64,000 bases of DNA, from positions 3,898 to 67,897 of the forward strand of contig JAFPAV010000020.1 in NCBI GenBank assembly GCA_017390725.1. The letters run 5' to 3'. This stretch comes from Clostridia bacterium (GTDB lineage: Bacteria > Bacillota > Clostridia > Oscillospirales > Acutalibacteraceae). Shown here in pieces: positions 37,583-48,059 of this stretch. Numbering within the stretch: position 1 is the stretch's first letter; the number at the start of each line of letters is the position of its first letter. The notes below the pieces were generated by a model, which saw nothing but the letters and a program-made list of their open reading frames with translations, made no database searches and was not told where the DNA came from. The position numbers and the translations under genes are program-made.

Positions 37583-38293
37583 CTAAAAAATATCAGAAAT
37601 ATTTATTTTTTTGATTAATTCTATAACAATTTCGAAAGGCATTGCCTTCTCCATAGAATTCATTTCTCGGTAATTTCCAACAGCAGATTCATCAGCATTG
37701 TCAGAAACTCTCCTGATGGCTGCAAAAGGAACATTAGCGGCATTACAGGTATAAGCAATTGCTGCCGTTTCCATATCGCAGCTGGATGCTCCAAAGGTAG
37801 TTTCCAAAAAGCTGCTTTCTTTAGCTGAGCACACGAAATGGTCACCCGTAACTGCTAAAGAATTTTCGCATTTGCCTACTATTGACTCAATCAAAGCATT
37901 AAGCTTTTTATCCGATTCGTAAATATAATTTTGTAAAGGCTTTTCACAGGGCTTGTACCCTATTCCCGTTAAATCGAAATCGTGCTCCAAAAATTTTTGT
38001 GGAACTATAACAGAACCTCGTCTATTATCGCCAATTCCTCCGGAAAGCCCGTAATTCAAAATGATATTACAACCAGAATCAATAAGTCCTGCCGCAGCAA
38101 CGGCGGCGTTAACCTTACCAATTCCACAGTTTACAGCTAATACAGTTGTATTATCAATGGAAAAAGTCAGTGTTTTACGCCCGAACAAAAGACCTTCGGC
38201 GAAGCTATTTTTCTTGATATACTCTTCAAAAGGGGCAAATTCATCAATATCGGCCACAATAACGCCAATTTTAAAATTATTCTTCATCTTCAA
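37583..38293 (-). CDS. mtnN: 5'-methylthioadenosine/S-adenosylhomocysteine nucleosidase
   Basis: 236 aa. CGIGKVNAAVAAA and SCDMETAAIAYTC motifs. Confidence 0.85.
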   Translation of the reverse strand: MKMKNNFKIGVIVADIDEFAPFEEYIKKNSFAEGLLFGRKTLTFSIDNTTVLAVNCGIGKVNAAVAAAGLIDSGCNIILNYGLSGGIGDNRRGSVIVPQKFLEHDFDLTGIGYKPCEKPLQNYIYESDKKLNALIESIVGKCENSLAVTGDHFVCSAKESSFLETTFGASSCDMETAAIAYTCNAANVPFAAIRRVSDNADESAVGNYREMNSMEKAMPFEIVIELIKKINISDIF

Positions 38294-38660
38294 TAGTTAC
38301 CTTTGCACCGCAGGAATTACAGTAAATGGAAGATTCTTCAATATAGGCACCGCAATTAGCGCAAATACGCTTGTTTTTGGCATTGAGAATTTCGTTTTGC
38401 AATTCCTCTATTTTTTCATTTTTTTCTTTTATTGCTGCAACTAATTCTGCGATGCTTTCGTTTTCGATTTTCTCATTTTTGATTAAATCAAAATATAAGC
38501 TTCCAAGTTTCTCGAAATCCTTGGCTCTCTTATTTTCAAGAGAAGAAACATCAAATTTTTGTTTTTGGGTATTAACAACCTCACCTGTTTTTTTACAGGC
38601 AACATCAAATACCTCTTTTGCTTTATTCATTGCTTGATCAATACTGTTTAAAAAATCCAT
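38277..38660 (-). CDS. Coiled-coil protein with a C-terminal zinc ribbon
   Basis: 127 aa. CANCGAYIEESSIYCNSCGAKV (CxxC-x10-CxxC). It overlaps the mtnN start by 17 nt. Confidence 0.6.
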   Translation of the reverse strand: MDFLNSIDQAMNKAKEVFDVACKKTGEVVNTQKQKFDVSSLENKRAKDFEKLGSLYFDLIKNEKIENESIAELVAAIKEKNEKIEELQNEILNAKNKRICANCGAYIEESSIYCNSCGAKVTIEDEE

Positions 38661-38687
38661 AATAAAACCTCCGTTAAAATGTGAATT

Positions 38688-40160
38688 TTAATGAAAATAT
38701 TTGTTATAAAAATCGCAAATATTCTTTTTTCGTTCAATTATTTCTCCGAATCTATCTATATATTCATATGGGTATTTAAAATTGAATATTCGGTCAATAA
38801 AAGCACCGTTTGGCTCTCTGAGCTTTGTTACAGCAGATGCACCGCAGGCAAGTATAGAGTGGGTTTCATCCATAATATAAACATTGTAAAGTCCCTCGTA
38901 ACCCTTTTTGGCATATCCAACATTTTCGAGATTACCAACGGTTTTGCTCTGTCGATACATATAATATGGAAAAATACCGTTTTGTGTTAATCTTTCCTTA
39001 GCAGATAAAACCATCTTAGAAGCAGTAATGCCATCCATTAGTATATCGGTACTTTCGGTTGAATTAAGTGTAGAAGCACGCTTAACAGACAAAGAATGTA
39101 CAGTTATACTTTCGGGATTAAGCGAAATTACTTTACTTAAAGTATTATCGAAGCTATCGATAGTATCACCGGGCAGTCCTGCAATTAAATCCATATTAAT
39201 GTTGTTAAATCCACAGCTTCTTGCAAGCTTAAAGGCATCAGCAGTTTGTTTTGAATCGTGATTTCTTCCAATGTTTTTTAAAACATCATCATTCATAGTC
39301 TGGGGATTTATGCTGATGCGTGTAGCACCGCCGTTTTTAATAGCTAAAAGTTTATCCTTGGTAATTGTATCTGGTCTTCCCGCTTCAACTGTATATTCAC
39401 GCACATTTTCAAAAGAAAAATTTTCAGAAACCGTAGTCATTATTTTTTGAATTAATTCAGCATCGATTGAAGTGGGTGTACCTCCGCCTATATAAACCGT
39501 TTCAAGCGTTAAATTGCATTGCTTAACAATTTTTGCGGTTTCAATGAGTTCTTCACAAAGCAAATTTACATACTGCGGTATTAGTTTCTTAGCTTGCTTA
39601 ACAGAATGTGAAACAAAGGAACAGTATGTACATCTTGTAGGACAAAAAGGAATTGAAATATATAAACTAAATGAGTCAGGTTTTGAAAGAGAAATAATTT
39701 TTTCCTCTCCTTTAACCGATTCTTTGCAAATTTCAAGCTTTTCCTTGCTGACTAACAATTTATTTAAAAAGTATGAATCAGCATTTTCTTCACCTAAAGC
39801 AAGAGCCAAACGAGAGTATAGTTTTGCTGGTCTTACACCTGTTAAAATACCCCAAGGCGCTCCGTAGCCCGTTATTTTCACAAAGCATTTATAAAGCTGT
39901 ACCGCTAATAACCGTTCGCATTCCTTATTAAAATCATCACAGTTATTTAAAATACTATCAGAAAAATCGGCAGTTTTTCCGTTCAAATTGAGTTTTGCAA
40001 TAAGCTGAACATTATTATCAACAATGTGGCATTTGGTAATGGCGCAATTTTCTGTAAAATCCTCATCATCGCAAAATTCGATTTTTTCAAACGGCAGAAA
40101 TATTCTTATCAATTTTTCAAGTTCGTATTTGTAGTTGTGACCTATCAAAGAAAGTTTCAT
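38688..40160 (-). CDS. Radical SAM protein, HemN/HemZ-like oxygen-independent coproporphyrinogen oxidase family
   Basis: 490 aa. Radical SAM motif CPTRCTYCSF and a long N-terminal extension as in HemZ. Confidence 0.75.
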   Translation of the reverse strand: MKLSLIGHNYKYELEKLIRIFLPFEKIEFCDDEDFTENCAITKCHIVDNNVQLIAKLNLNGKTADFSDSILNNCDDFNKECERLLAVQLYKCFVKITGYGAPWGILTGVRPAKLYSRLALALGEENADSYFLNKLLVSKEKLEICKESVKGEEKIISLSKPDSFSLYISIPFCPTRCTYCSFVSHSVKQAKKLIPQYVNLLCEELIETAKIVKQCNLTLETVYIGGGTPTSIDAELIQKIMTTVSENFSFENVREYTVEAGRPDTITKDKLLAIKNGGATRISINPQTMNDDVLKNIGRNHDSKQTADAFKLARSCGFNNINMDLIAGLPGDTIDSFDNTLSKVISLNPESITVHSLSVKRASTLNSTESTDILMDGITASKMVLSAKERLTQNGIFPYYMYRQSKTVGNLENVGYAKKGYEGLYNVYIMDETHSILACGASAVTKLREPNGAFIDRIFNFKYPYEYIDRFGEIIERKKNICDFYNKYFH

Positions 40161-40176
40161 TATTCACCGCCTAAAT

Positions 40177-40794
40177 TTAGATTTCGCTAAAATATGGGTT
40201 GGAAAGTAGCTCCTCCCCTATAGTTGTTGATTCGCCGTGTCCCGGGTAAACATTAATTGTTTTTGAAAAAGCGGAAAGTTTTTTCAAAGAACTTAACATT
40301 TCAAAATGATTTGAACCGGGGAAATCGGTTCGTCCTATACTTCCGGAAAATAAAGTATCGCCGGAAAACAATTCATTGCCGATAAGAAAACACATAGAAC
40401 CCGGAGTATGTCCCGGGGTTTCAATACATTTGATTTTTAAATCACCAATATTTATAAATTCTCCGTCAATAACCGTTTTATCAGCATGAAAAGGAGTTTG
40501 TTTTGCGTGGAATTGATCAGATAGGCTTAAATATGTGTTAAAAAGCCCTTCCTCGTCTTTTTTACTAACAATAATATCAGATGCTGTTTCATCACGCAAC
40601 TGCTTTGCGCCGCAAATATGGTCAAAATGCGAATGAGTCAGCAAGATTGCTCTTTCCTTAGGTTTATTTTGAATTAAAAATTCAGCAACTAAGGGCGAAT
40701 ACTTACCGGGATCAATTACTATAGCAGCCTCATTTGATGAAATCATATAACAATTTGCGGCGATTAAGCCTAAGGGTAAAACTTTAATTTCCAT
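40177..40794 (-). CDS. MBL-fold metallo-hydrolase (glyoxalase II-like)
   Basis: 205 aa. THSHFDHICG (HxHxDH), TPGHTPGS, GDTLF. Confidence 0.85.
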   Translation of the reverse strand: MEIKVLPLGLIAANCYMISSNEAAIVIDPGKYSPLVAEFLIQNKPKERAILLTHSHFDHICGAKQLRDETASDIIVSKKDEEGLFNTYLSLSDQFHAKQTPFHADKTVIDGEFINIGDLKIKCIETPGHTPGSMCFLIGNELFSGDTLFSGSIGRTDFPGSNHFEMLSSLKKLSAFSKTINVYPGHGESTTIGEELLSNPYFSEI

Positions 40795-41248
40795 TTTTTC
40801 TCCAGATTTTAGTATCGTAGATTATGGTAACAGGTCCGTCATTTATAAGACTTACCTTCATATCTGCACCGAAAACACCTTTATCAACCTTTTTTACGCC
40901 GTTTTCTTTTAATTTTTCGCAGAAATAATTATATAAATTATCAGCTTCGGTAGGACTCATGGCATTAATAAATGAGGGTCTGTTCCCTTTTTTTAAATCA
41001 GCACATAAAGTAAATTGAGAAATAACAAGACATTCTCCGTTAATATCCAAAATAGATTTATTCATCTTATCATTTTCATCGCAGAAAACACGCAAATTGG
41101 CAATTTTAGCGGCAAGAACATCGGCATCGGATGTAGTATCATCGCTTTCGGCGCCGAATAAAATCATATATCCTTCTTTACTTTTGCCAACTATATTTCC
41201 TTCAACCTCAACTGAAGAATTTAAAACACGTTGAACTACTGCTTTCAT
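40784..41248 (-). CDS. dtd: D-aminoacyl-tRNA deacylase
   Basis: 154 aa. MKAVVQRV... and SQFTL, NGPVT motifs. Confidence 0.9.
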   Translation of the reverse strand: MKAVVQRVLNSSVEVEGNIVGKSKEGYMILFGAESDDTTSDADVLAAKIANLRVFCDENDKMNKSILDINGECLVISQFTLCADLKKGNRPSFINAMSPTEADNLYNYFCEKLKENGVKKVDKGVFGADMKVSLINDGPVTIIYDTKIWRKNGN

Positions 41249-43443
41249 TACTGATTAATCCTTTCAACACTGAATACACCGTGAATTTTTTCGGTACGGC
41301 TGATAATACTCTTTAAATGTTCTACACTTTCAGCGCTAACGGTTATAACGATAACGCAATTACCGTTTTTAACCTCTCTTGCATTTACACTGTGAACAGG
41401 CACTCGCATATTATACATTGTATTCATAACGTCAAGAAGAACGCCGTCTCTTGCAATTGAGGAAATTTGAAGAGTAGAAATAAAGTTTTCCGAATGGGCT
41501 TCACCGTCCCAATGAGCAGCTATCCAACGATCCGGCTCCTGTGCATCGGCGATATTTTTAGGAACATTATTACAGTCTCTCTTATGGATGGAAACGCCGT
41601 GTCCCCTTGTTATAAATCCGATAATTTCATCACCGGGCAAGGGCGTACAGCATTTTGAAAGCTTAATAAGACAGTTATCAATGCCTTCAACAATAACACC
41701 GTCGGTTGATTTCGAGGCTTTACTGTTGTTAATAGGTGTAATTTCTGCAACCTTTGTGGCAGAAGATTTTTTATTGTAATCTTCCTTAACCCTTGGCATA
41801 ATTTTTGAAAGCAAGATTCCGCCATATCCAATTGCGGCATAAAATTCATCAACTGAAGAAAAGCGTTGACGTGTTGCCAATTCTTCGAGATAAGCTTCTA
41901 ACTCTTCATCGGAGTAATTAATTCCGTTGCGCTTAAGCTCTCTTTCAAACTCAAATTTACCGGTGGCAATATTCTCGGTTCTTTTTTCCTTTTTGAACCA
42001 GGAACGAATCTTTGCCTTGGCCTGGTTTGTAACTGCAATATTAAGCCAATCACGGCTAGGTCCGTGTCCTGCTTGGTTTGTGGTGAGAATATCAACTACC
42101 TCACCGGTTTTAATTTTATGGCTGATAGAAACAATTTTACCGTCAACCTTAGCTCCTACCATACGAACGCCTACTGCAGTATGAATAGCAAAAGCAAAAT
42201 CAACAACGGTAGCACCTACAGGAAGATTAATAACGTCTCCCTTTGGCGTAACAGCAAAAACATCTTCTTCGGCCAAATCCACCTTAATGGTACGAACGAT
42301 TTCAGATGCATCAGTACTTGCATCCTGAGTGTCGAGAATTTCTCTTATCCAGGCAAGACGGTTTTCTAACTTCTTATCATTATCGGTAATACCCTCTTTG
42401 TATTTCCAATGGGCCGCAATACCAAATTCGGCGGTATGGTGCATTTCAAAGGTTCTGATCTGTATTTCAAAGGGTATTCCTGCACGACTCAATACAGTTG
42501 TGTGTAAGGACTGATACATATTGGGCTTAGGTGTTGAAATGTAATCCTTAAATCGGTTAGGAATCGGGCGGAACATATCGTGCATAATACCGAGGATATT
42601 ATAGCAGTCCGCAACAGAATCAGTAATAATTCTGATAGCGTATATATCATATATTTCATCGAAATCTCTACCTTGAATATACATCTTTCGGTATATTCCG
42701 TGAATTGATTTTACACGACTTTGGTAAGAAATCTTAACACCAGGCAAAACTTCTTCCAAACGTTCCCGAATCTTTTCTTTAATTTCATTGAGAATTTGCT
42801 CACGATGATTTTTACGGTGCAATAGAGAATCCTCAATTTCTGCATAAGCAATCGGGTCAAGGTGCTTTATAGCAAGGTCTTCGAGCTCTTCCTTAACCGG
42901 ACGAATACCTAATCTATGGGCAATGGGTGCGTAAATTTCAAGAGTTTCCAAAGAAATATCTCGTTGCTTTTGCTCAGGCATAGCATCGATAGTGCGCATA
43001 TTATGAAGTCTGTCAGCAAGCTTTATAATGATAACACGAATATCCTGGCCCATAGCGATGAGCATTTTGCGTAAACTTTCGGCTTGTTGTTGTTCTTTGG
43101 TTGAAAAATTAAGTCTTGCAATCTTTGTAACACCGTCAACCAAAAGTGCAACGTCTTCTCCAAATTCACGCTTGATATCATCAACGGAAAATTCGGTATC
43201 TTCAACAACATCATGTAAAAGAGAAGCGGCAATAGACTGGCTATCCATACCGAGGGAAACGATGATTTTTGAAACATTAAAGGGATGAATATAATAGTCT
43301 TCATGAGAAACTCTTTTCTGTCCCTCATGAGCTTTAACGCAGAACTCAAATGCCTTTTTCACAAGCTCGAAATCATATTTCTCGCCCTGCTTAGACATCA
43401 ATTCAACAAGTTCTTCATAATTCTGTTTAACATTAATTGACAT
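41248..43443 (-). CDS. relA: Bifunctional (p)ppGpp synthetase/hydrolase RelA/SpoT (Rel)
   Basis: 731 aa. HD domain (LLHDVVEDT), synthetase (YRSLHT-like QSLHTTV), TGS and ACT regions. Confidence 0.95.
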   Translation of the reverse strand: MSINVKQNYEELVELMSKQGEKYDFELVKKAFEFCVKAHEGQKRVSHEDYYIHPFNVSKIIVSLGMDSQSIAASLLHDVVEDTEFSVDDIKREFGEDVALLVDGVTKIARLNFSTKEQQQAESLRKMLIAMGQDIRVIIIKLADRLHNMRTIDAMPEQKQRDISLETLEIYAPIAHRLGIRPVKEELEDLAIKHLDPIAYAEIEDSLLHRKNHREQILNEIKEKIRERLEEVLPGVKISYQSRVKSIHGIYRKMYIQGRDFDEIYDIYAIRIITDSVADCYNILGIMHDMFRPIPNRFKDYISTPKPNMYQSLHTTVLSRAGIPFEIQIRTFEMHHTAEFGIAAHWKYKEGITDNDKKLENRLAWIREILDTQDASTDASEIVRTIKVDLAEEDVFAVTPKGDVINLPVGATVVDFAFAIHTAVGVRMVGAKVDGKIVSISHKIKTGEVVDILTTNQAGHGPSRDWLNIAVTNQAKAKIRSWFKKEKRTENIATGKFEFERELKRNGINYSDEELEAYLEELATRQRFSSVDEFYAAIGYGGILLSKIMPRVKEDYNKKSSATKVAEITPINNSKASKSTDGVIVEGIDNCLIKLSKCCTPLPGDEIIGFITRGHGVSIHKRDCNNVPKNIADAQEPDRWIAAHWDGEAHSENFISTLQISSIARDGVLLDVMNTMYNMRVPVHSVNAREVKNGNCVIVITVSAESVEHLKSIISRTEKIHGVFSVERINQ

Positions 43444-45457
43444 CGTTCTGCGCTCCTTTCTCTAAAAGCTTTCTATAAAGTACAGAATTGTTAAGATTAG
43501 TTTTTACAGAGTTTTTAATCGGATACAATAATCCGTTATCGAATTTTATTAATGATAACTCACATAAAATCTCAATAGCAATATATACCTTGGCGTAACC
43601 CAAGGTTTTTAAAAATCTATTAATTATAAATTCCTTTGATTTTGGTGCTGTGATACTTCTGTATACTTCACCGATTTCTTCCCTACTAAGTGAAATTGGT
43701 GAATATTCAACATCAGTTTCGCTAAAGAGACAATCACATTTTGAAATATCAGAAAACAATTTTTCTTCATCACAATCGGAAAGTCGCATTTCTTTTATTT
43801 TAATTGAAAGGTTTTGATTTCCATTGTAGGAATTAATTTCGAGTCCAACGGCAAGATCAACGGTATCACCTATCTGAAAGGCGAAATTTTGCTCATTACA
43901 GCCAAATAAAACTGCTTGGAAGGTTACATTTTCCCTTTTTAAAAATATTCTGAGGTGTTTACCTGAGCCTATAGGAGTGATTCTATCAATAGTGCATTCA
44001 AATAATCCAAAAACAGGAGTGGGATTCTTTTGACCAAAAGGCTCCAATGAAGCGAACGAATAGCAGATATCTGTTGATAAAGCAATAGGGTTCAGTTTGC
44101 AGTCAAGCCTTACACAAGGAGGCGAAAAAACAGTATTTTTCAAGAGATAATCGTTAATTTTCAACCTGAAATGTTCAATATCTTTATAAGCTAGGGTTAA
44201 ACCTGCAGCTGCATCGTGACCACCATACTTAGTCAAAATATCGGAGCAGGAATCGATAGCATCAAATAAAGAAAATTCACCAGCGCTTCGTCCTGAGCCA
44301 TAAGCGTTTTCTCCGTCAATAGTTAAAACAATTGTAGGTTTACCATATTTATTTGAAAGCTTAGAAGCAACTATACCAAGAACCCCGGAATGCCAATCCT
44401 CGCCTGCAACAACAATAATGCGGTTATATTGATAATTGTTTTTTTCAACAATTTCGCATGCTTCTTTGAAAATAGTTTCTTCAACCCTGTGTCTTTCAAT
44501 ATTATCCTCATCAATTCTATTAGCAATTTCAAGGGCGGATAATATATTATCACACAAAAGTAATTCAACTGCTCGGGAAGCATCTCCCATTCTTCCGGAA
44601 GCATTAATTCTAGGAACAACCCCAAAGGCTATTTTTGTAGAATTTATATCGTTTCTGGTAATTCCTGCAACACTAATAATAGCTTCAATACCTGTAGAGG
44701 GTTTATATTTGATTTTATTAATACCACATTTGACAATATCACGATTTTCATCAATTAAAGGCATGATATCCCCTATAGTTGCTATTGCGAGAAAATCGGA
44801 ATAATAATCGAGCAGTTCTTCCGGTTCCTTATCCTCTAAAGCGCATATAAGCTTATATGCAACAACAGTACCGCATACATCTTTAAAGGTAAATTGAGAA
44901 TTATCTCTGTGAGGATTAACAACAGCGCAAGCATCCGGTAAGGTTTCCTTAGGTAAATGATGGTCGGTAACAACAACCTTAATTCCAAGAGTTTTTGCAT
45001 ATTCAATTTCTTGGATGGCACTAATGCCGTTATCCACAGTAATAATTGTGCCTACACCCTTTGAATAAAGGGCATCAATTGCATTACTGTTAATGCCGTA
45101 TCCTTCGGTAAAGCGATCAGGTATATAATAGATGCATCTTACGTTTTTTGAACTGAAATATTTATAAAAAATTGCGGTAGCGCAAATACCGTCACAATCA
45201 TAATCTCCATATATAGCAATTAGTTCATCGTTTTGCATGGAATTTTTGATACACTCGACCGCTTTATCAATATCTAAAAGTTCCCTATGAGAAGATATAA
45301 TTGGATCGTCAGATAAGAATTGCTCAATTTCAAATGGGTCATCATATCCACGTGATGATAAAATGAGTGCTGCTATAGGATCAATGTCACATTCTTCAGC
45401 AATTTTTTTTGCAAAAGCTTTATCGAAATCTGCTATAATCCACTTTTTATAACTCAT
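43433..45457 (-). CDS. recJ: Single-stranded-DNA-specific exonuclease RecJ
   Basis: 674 aa. DHH motifs (GDYDCDGI, TVDNG, VTDHH) and DHHA1 (GGHDAAAG). Confidence 0.9.
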   Translation of the reverse strand: MSYKKWIIADFDKAFAKKIAEECDIDPIAALILSSRGYDDPFEIEQFLSDDPIISSHRELLDIDKAVECIKNSMQNDELIAIYGDYDCDGICATAIFYKYFSSKNVRCIYYIPDRFTEGYGINSNAIDALYSKGVGTIITVDNGISAIQEIEYAKTLGIKVVVTDHHLPKETLPDACAVVNPHRDNSQFTFKDVCGTVVAYKLICALEDKEPEELLDYYSDFLAIATIGDIMPLIDENRDIVKCGINKIKYKPSTGIEAIISVAGITRNDINSTKIAFGVVPRINASGRMGDASRAVELLLCDNILSALEIANRIDEDNIERHRVEETIFKEACEIVEKNNYQYNRIIVVAGEDWHSGVLGIVASKLSNKYGKPTIVLTIDGENAYGSGRSAGEFSLFDAIDSCSDILTKYGGHDAAAGLTLAYKDIEHFRLKINDYLLKNTVFSPPCVRLDCKLNPIALSTDICYSFASLEPFGQKNPTPVFGLFECTIDRITPIGSGKHLRIFLKRENVTFQAVLFGCNEQNFAFQIGDTVDLAVGLEINSYNGNQNLSIKIKEMRLSDCDEEKLFSDISKCDCLFSETDVEYSPISLSREEIGEVYRSITAPKSKEFIINRFLKTLGYAKVYIAIEILCELSLIKFDNGLLYPIKNSVKTNLNNSVLYRKLLEKGAQNDVN

Positions 45458-45544
45458 TATATCACCTCACTAAAAAAGAATATAGATATTCAATTTATTT
45501 TACCACTATTTATAAGAGTTTTCAATATTTTTAACACAATAAAT

Positions 45545-45585
45545 TGTGTAAAAAATAAAAAAGAAGCAGATAATATCCGCTTCTT
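45545..45585 (-). terminator. Rho-independent terminator after the HAD hydrolase gene
   Basis: Minus-strand stem AAGAAGCGG/CTGCTTCTT, followed by TTTTATTTTTT. Confidence 0.75.
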
Positions 45586-46233
45586 TTAACTAATAATATT
45601 AAATATTTCTTCGGGGGCTGAAATTATATAATCGGCACCGGCAAAATTCAGCTCGTCTAAATTACCAAATCCGTAGGTAACTCCAATTGAATCAATACCG
45701 TTTTCTTTAGCACCTAAAATATCGAATTTTCTATCCCCTACCATTATAGCGTTTTCATTTGAATTTCCAATTTTAGATAGAGCATACCGAATGATATCAT
45801 TTTTTTCGCAGAGCTTTTCATCCATTGTAGCACCGCAAACCAAATCAAAATATTTATCAATTTTAAAAAATTCAAGTATTTGATTTGCAAATTTTTCGGG
45901 TTTAGATGTGGCTAAAATGATAATTTTACCCATTTTCTTAAGTCTTTCCAACGTATCTTCAATGCTATCGTATATCTTATTTTCAAAAATGCCTTTTACC
46001 GAAAAATATTCACGATAAACAGCTACAGCCTTAACAGCCTTTTCTTTATCGAAATCATAAAATTCCATAAATGAATTAATAAGAGGTGGACCAATAAATT
46101 TTTCAAGCTCTCCCCTGTTTCCTACAGGAATTTCAAACTTTTTTAAGGCGTATTCAACCGATTTTGTTATTCCTAGAGAAGGATCGGTTAAAGTACCATC
46201 CAAATCAAACAATATATATTTATAATTTTTCAT
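45586..46233 (-). CDS. HAD-superfamily hydrolase (phosphoglycolate phosphatase-like)
   Basis: 215 aa. FDLDGTLTD (motif I), TSK (motif II), GDRKFD (motif IV). Confidence 0.8.
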   Translation of the reverse strand: MKNYKYILFDLDGTLTDPSLGITKSVEYALKKFEIPVGNRGELEKFIGPPLINSFMEFYDFDKEKAVKAVAVYREYFSVKGIFENKIYDSIEDTLERLKKMGKIIILATSKPEKFANQILEFFKIDKYFDLVCGATMDEKLCEKNDIIRYALSKIGNSNENAIMVGDRKFDILGAKENGIDSIGVTYGFGNLDELNFAGADYIISAPEEIFNIIS

Positions 46234-46248
46234 AAAACTCCTATTATT

Positions 46249-46276
46249 AAACCGACCAAGATAACTTGGTCGGTTT
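46249..46276 (-). terminator. Hairpin terminator after hydA
   Basis: 12-bp perfect stem AAACCGACCAAG/CTTGGTCGGTTT with loop ATAA. Confidence 0.7.
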
Positions 46277-46289
46277 ATTTCAAAAAGGA

Positions 46290-48041
46290 TTATTTGCCGT
46301 ATTTATTACGGGCAACATAGCTTGTATGGAGGTCGTGGTGAGCCTTATGGCCGCCAAAACCGTCATACCACTCGCTGTAAAGAGCCTTAACAACGGGAGA
46401 TTCGTGAGATTTTCTGATAGCCATAGCAGCATCCTGATCATAAAGAGCCTTTGCTCTAACTGCCTTAAGATCAACAGTATCACGAACGAACTGAGGCTGA
46501 ATGGGTTGACCGCCGCCGTTTACACAACCACCGGGACATCCCATAATTTCAACGAAGGTCCAACCGTCAGGGTTGCCTGCCTTCATACGGTCCATAACAA
46601 CCTTAGCTGCAGCGGCACCGCTTGCAACAGCAACCTTTATATCGTTACCTGCAATGTTAACGGTAGCCTGCTTGAGGCCTGCTGTACCACGAAGTGCAGT
46701 GAAATCAATATCGGTATTATCCTTACCGGTAAGCCAGTCATTTGCAGTACGTAAAGCAGCTTCCATAACACCGCCGGTAGCACCGAAAATAACAGCTGCG
46801 CCGGTATCCTCACCTAGAGGATTATCAAACTCTTCATCGGGAAGAGCGTTGAAATTAAGACCTGCACGCATAATCATTCTGGAGAGTTCTCTTGTTGTGA
46901 TAGCAATATCAACATCAGGAACACCTGCAGCACTCTGATCTTCACGTCCAATTTCAAATTTCTTTGCAGTACAAGGCATTACAGATACGCTAACGATCTT
47001 CTTAGGATCAATGCCTGCCTTTTCAGCATAGTAGGTCTTAATAACAGCACCTGCCATCTGCTGAGGAGATTTACAGGAAGAAAGATGATCGATCATATCA
47101 GGATAATAATATTCGCAGAACTTAACCCAACCGGGAGAGCAAGAAGTAACCATAGGAAGAACTCCACCGTTCTTGATACGCTCAACCAACTCGTTTGCTT
47201 CTTCAACGATAGTTAAGTCAGCGGCAAAGTCGGTATCAAATACCTTATCAAATCCTAAACGGCGTAAAGCGGAAACCATTTTACCTTCAACATTAGTACC
47301 AACGGGCATTCCGAAGCACTCACCGAGAGTTGCACGGATGGAAGGGGCGGTCTGAACAACAACGTATTTATCGGGATCGTTAAGAGCTTCCCAAATCTTA
47401 TCGGTATCGTCCTTTTCAACCAAAGCACCGGTAGGACAAACGGCAGTACACTGACCGCAAGAAATACAAGGTACGTTGGAAAGGCCAACCTCAAATGGAG
47501 TGCCGATAGAAGTATCAATACCACGGTAATTAGCACCGATAACACCAACATACTGCTCCTGACAAGCAGCTACGCAGCGACGGCACAAAATACATTTGTT
47601 ATTATCTCTAACGAGATGAGGAGTAGAATTATCAAGCTCGTAAACAGGCTTAAATCCTGCAAAAGCACCCTCGTCTACACCGTATTCAAGGCAGAGCTTC
47701 TGTAATTCACAATTAGTTGAACGAACACAGGATAAACACTTTTTATCATGTGTTGAAAGAATAAGCTCAAGAGTGGTTTTTCTTGCCTTCTGTACCTTTT
47801 CGGTGTTGGTAAGAACTTCCATACCCTCGGTTACAGGATAAACGCAGGCGGTAACAATTCTGAATCCTCTTCCCTCGTTTACCTCAACAACACAGATTCG
47901 GCAAGCGCCGATTTCATTCTTTTCTTTCATAAAGCAAAGTGTAGGAATCTCAACACCTGCTACACGGGCAGCTTCAAGAACAGTAGAGCCCTTGGGTACG
48001 CTTACAGCAATACCATTAATTTTTAAATTTATCATATCCAT
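46290..48041 (-). CDS. hydA: [FeFe] hydrogenase catalytic subunit HydA (trimeric, NuoG-like N-terminus; electron-bifurcating type)
   Basis: 583 aa. N-terminal 2Fe-2S plus accessory 4Fe-4S Cys motifs. H-cluster motifs TSCSPGW, MPCTAKKFE and EIMGCPGGCVNGGGQP. Adjacent to the NuoF-like and NuoE-like subunits. Confidence 0.9.
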   Translation of the reverse strand: MDMINLKINGIAVSVPKGSTVLEAARVAGVEIPTLCFMKEKNEIGACRICVVEVNEGRGFRIVTACVYPVTEGMEVLTNTEKVQKARKTTLELILSTHDKKCLSCVRSTNCELQKLCLEYGVDEGAFAGFKPVYELDNSTPHLVRDNNKCILCRRCVAACQEQYVGVIGANYRGIDTSIGTPFEVGLSNVPCISCGQCTAVCPTGALVEKDDTDKIWEALNDPDKYVVVQTAPSIRATLGECFGMPVGTNVEGKMVSALRRLGFDKVFDTDFAADLTIVEEANELVERIKNGGVLPMVTSCSPGWVKFCEYYYPDMIDHLSSCKSPQQMAGAVIKTYYAEKAGIDPKKIVSVSVMPCTAKKFEIGREDQSAAGVPDVDIAITTRELSRMIMRAGLNFNALPDEEFDNPLGEDTGAAVIFGATGGVMEAALRTANDWLTGKDNTDIDFTALRGTAGLKQATVNIAGNDIKVAVASGAAAAKVVMDRMKAGNPDGWTFVEIMGCPGGCVNGGGQPIQPQFVRDTVDLKAVRAKALYDQDAAMAIRKSHESPVVKALYSEWYDGFGGHKAHHDLHTSYVARNKYGK

Positions 48042-48059
48042 TATAGTTAGGCTCCTTTC

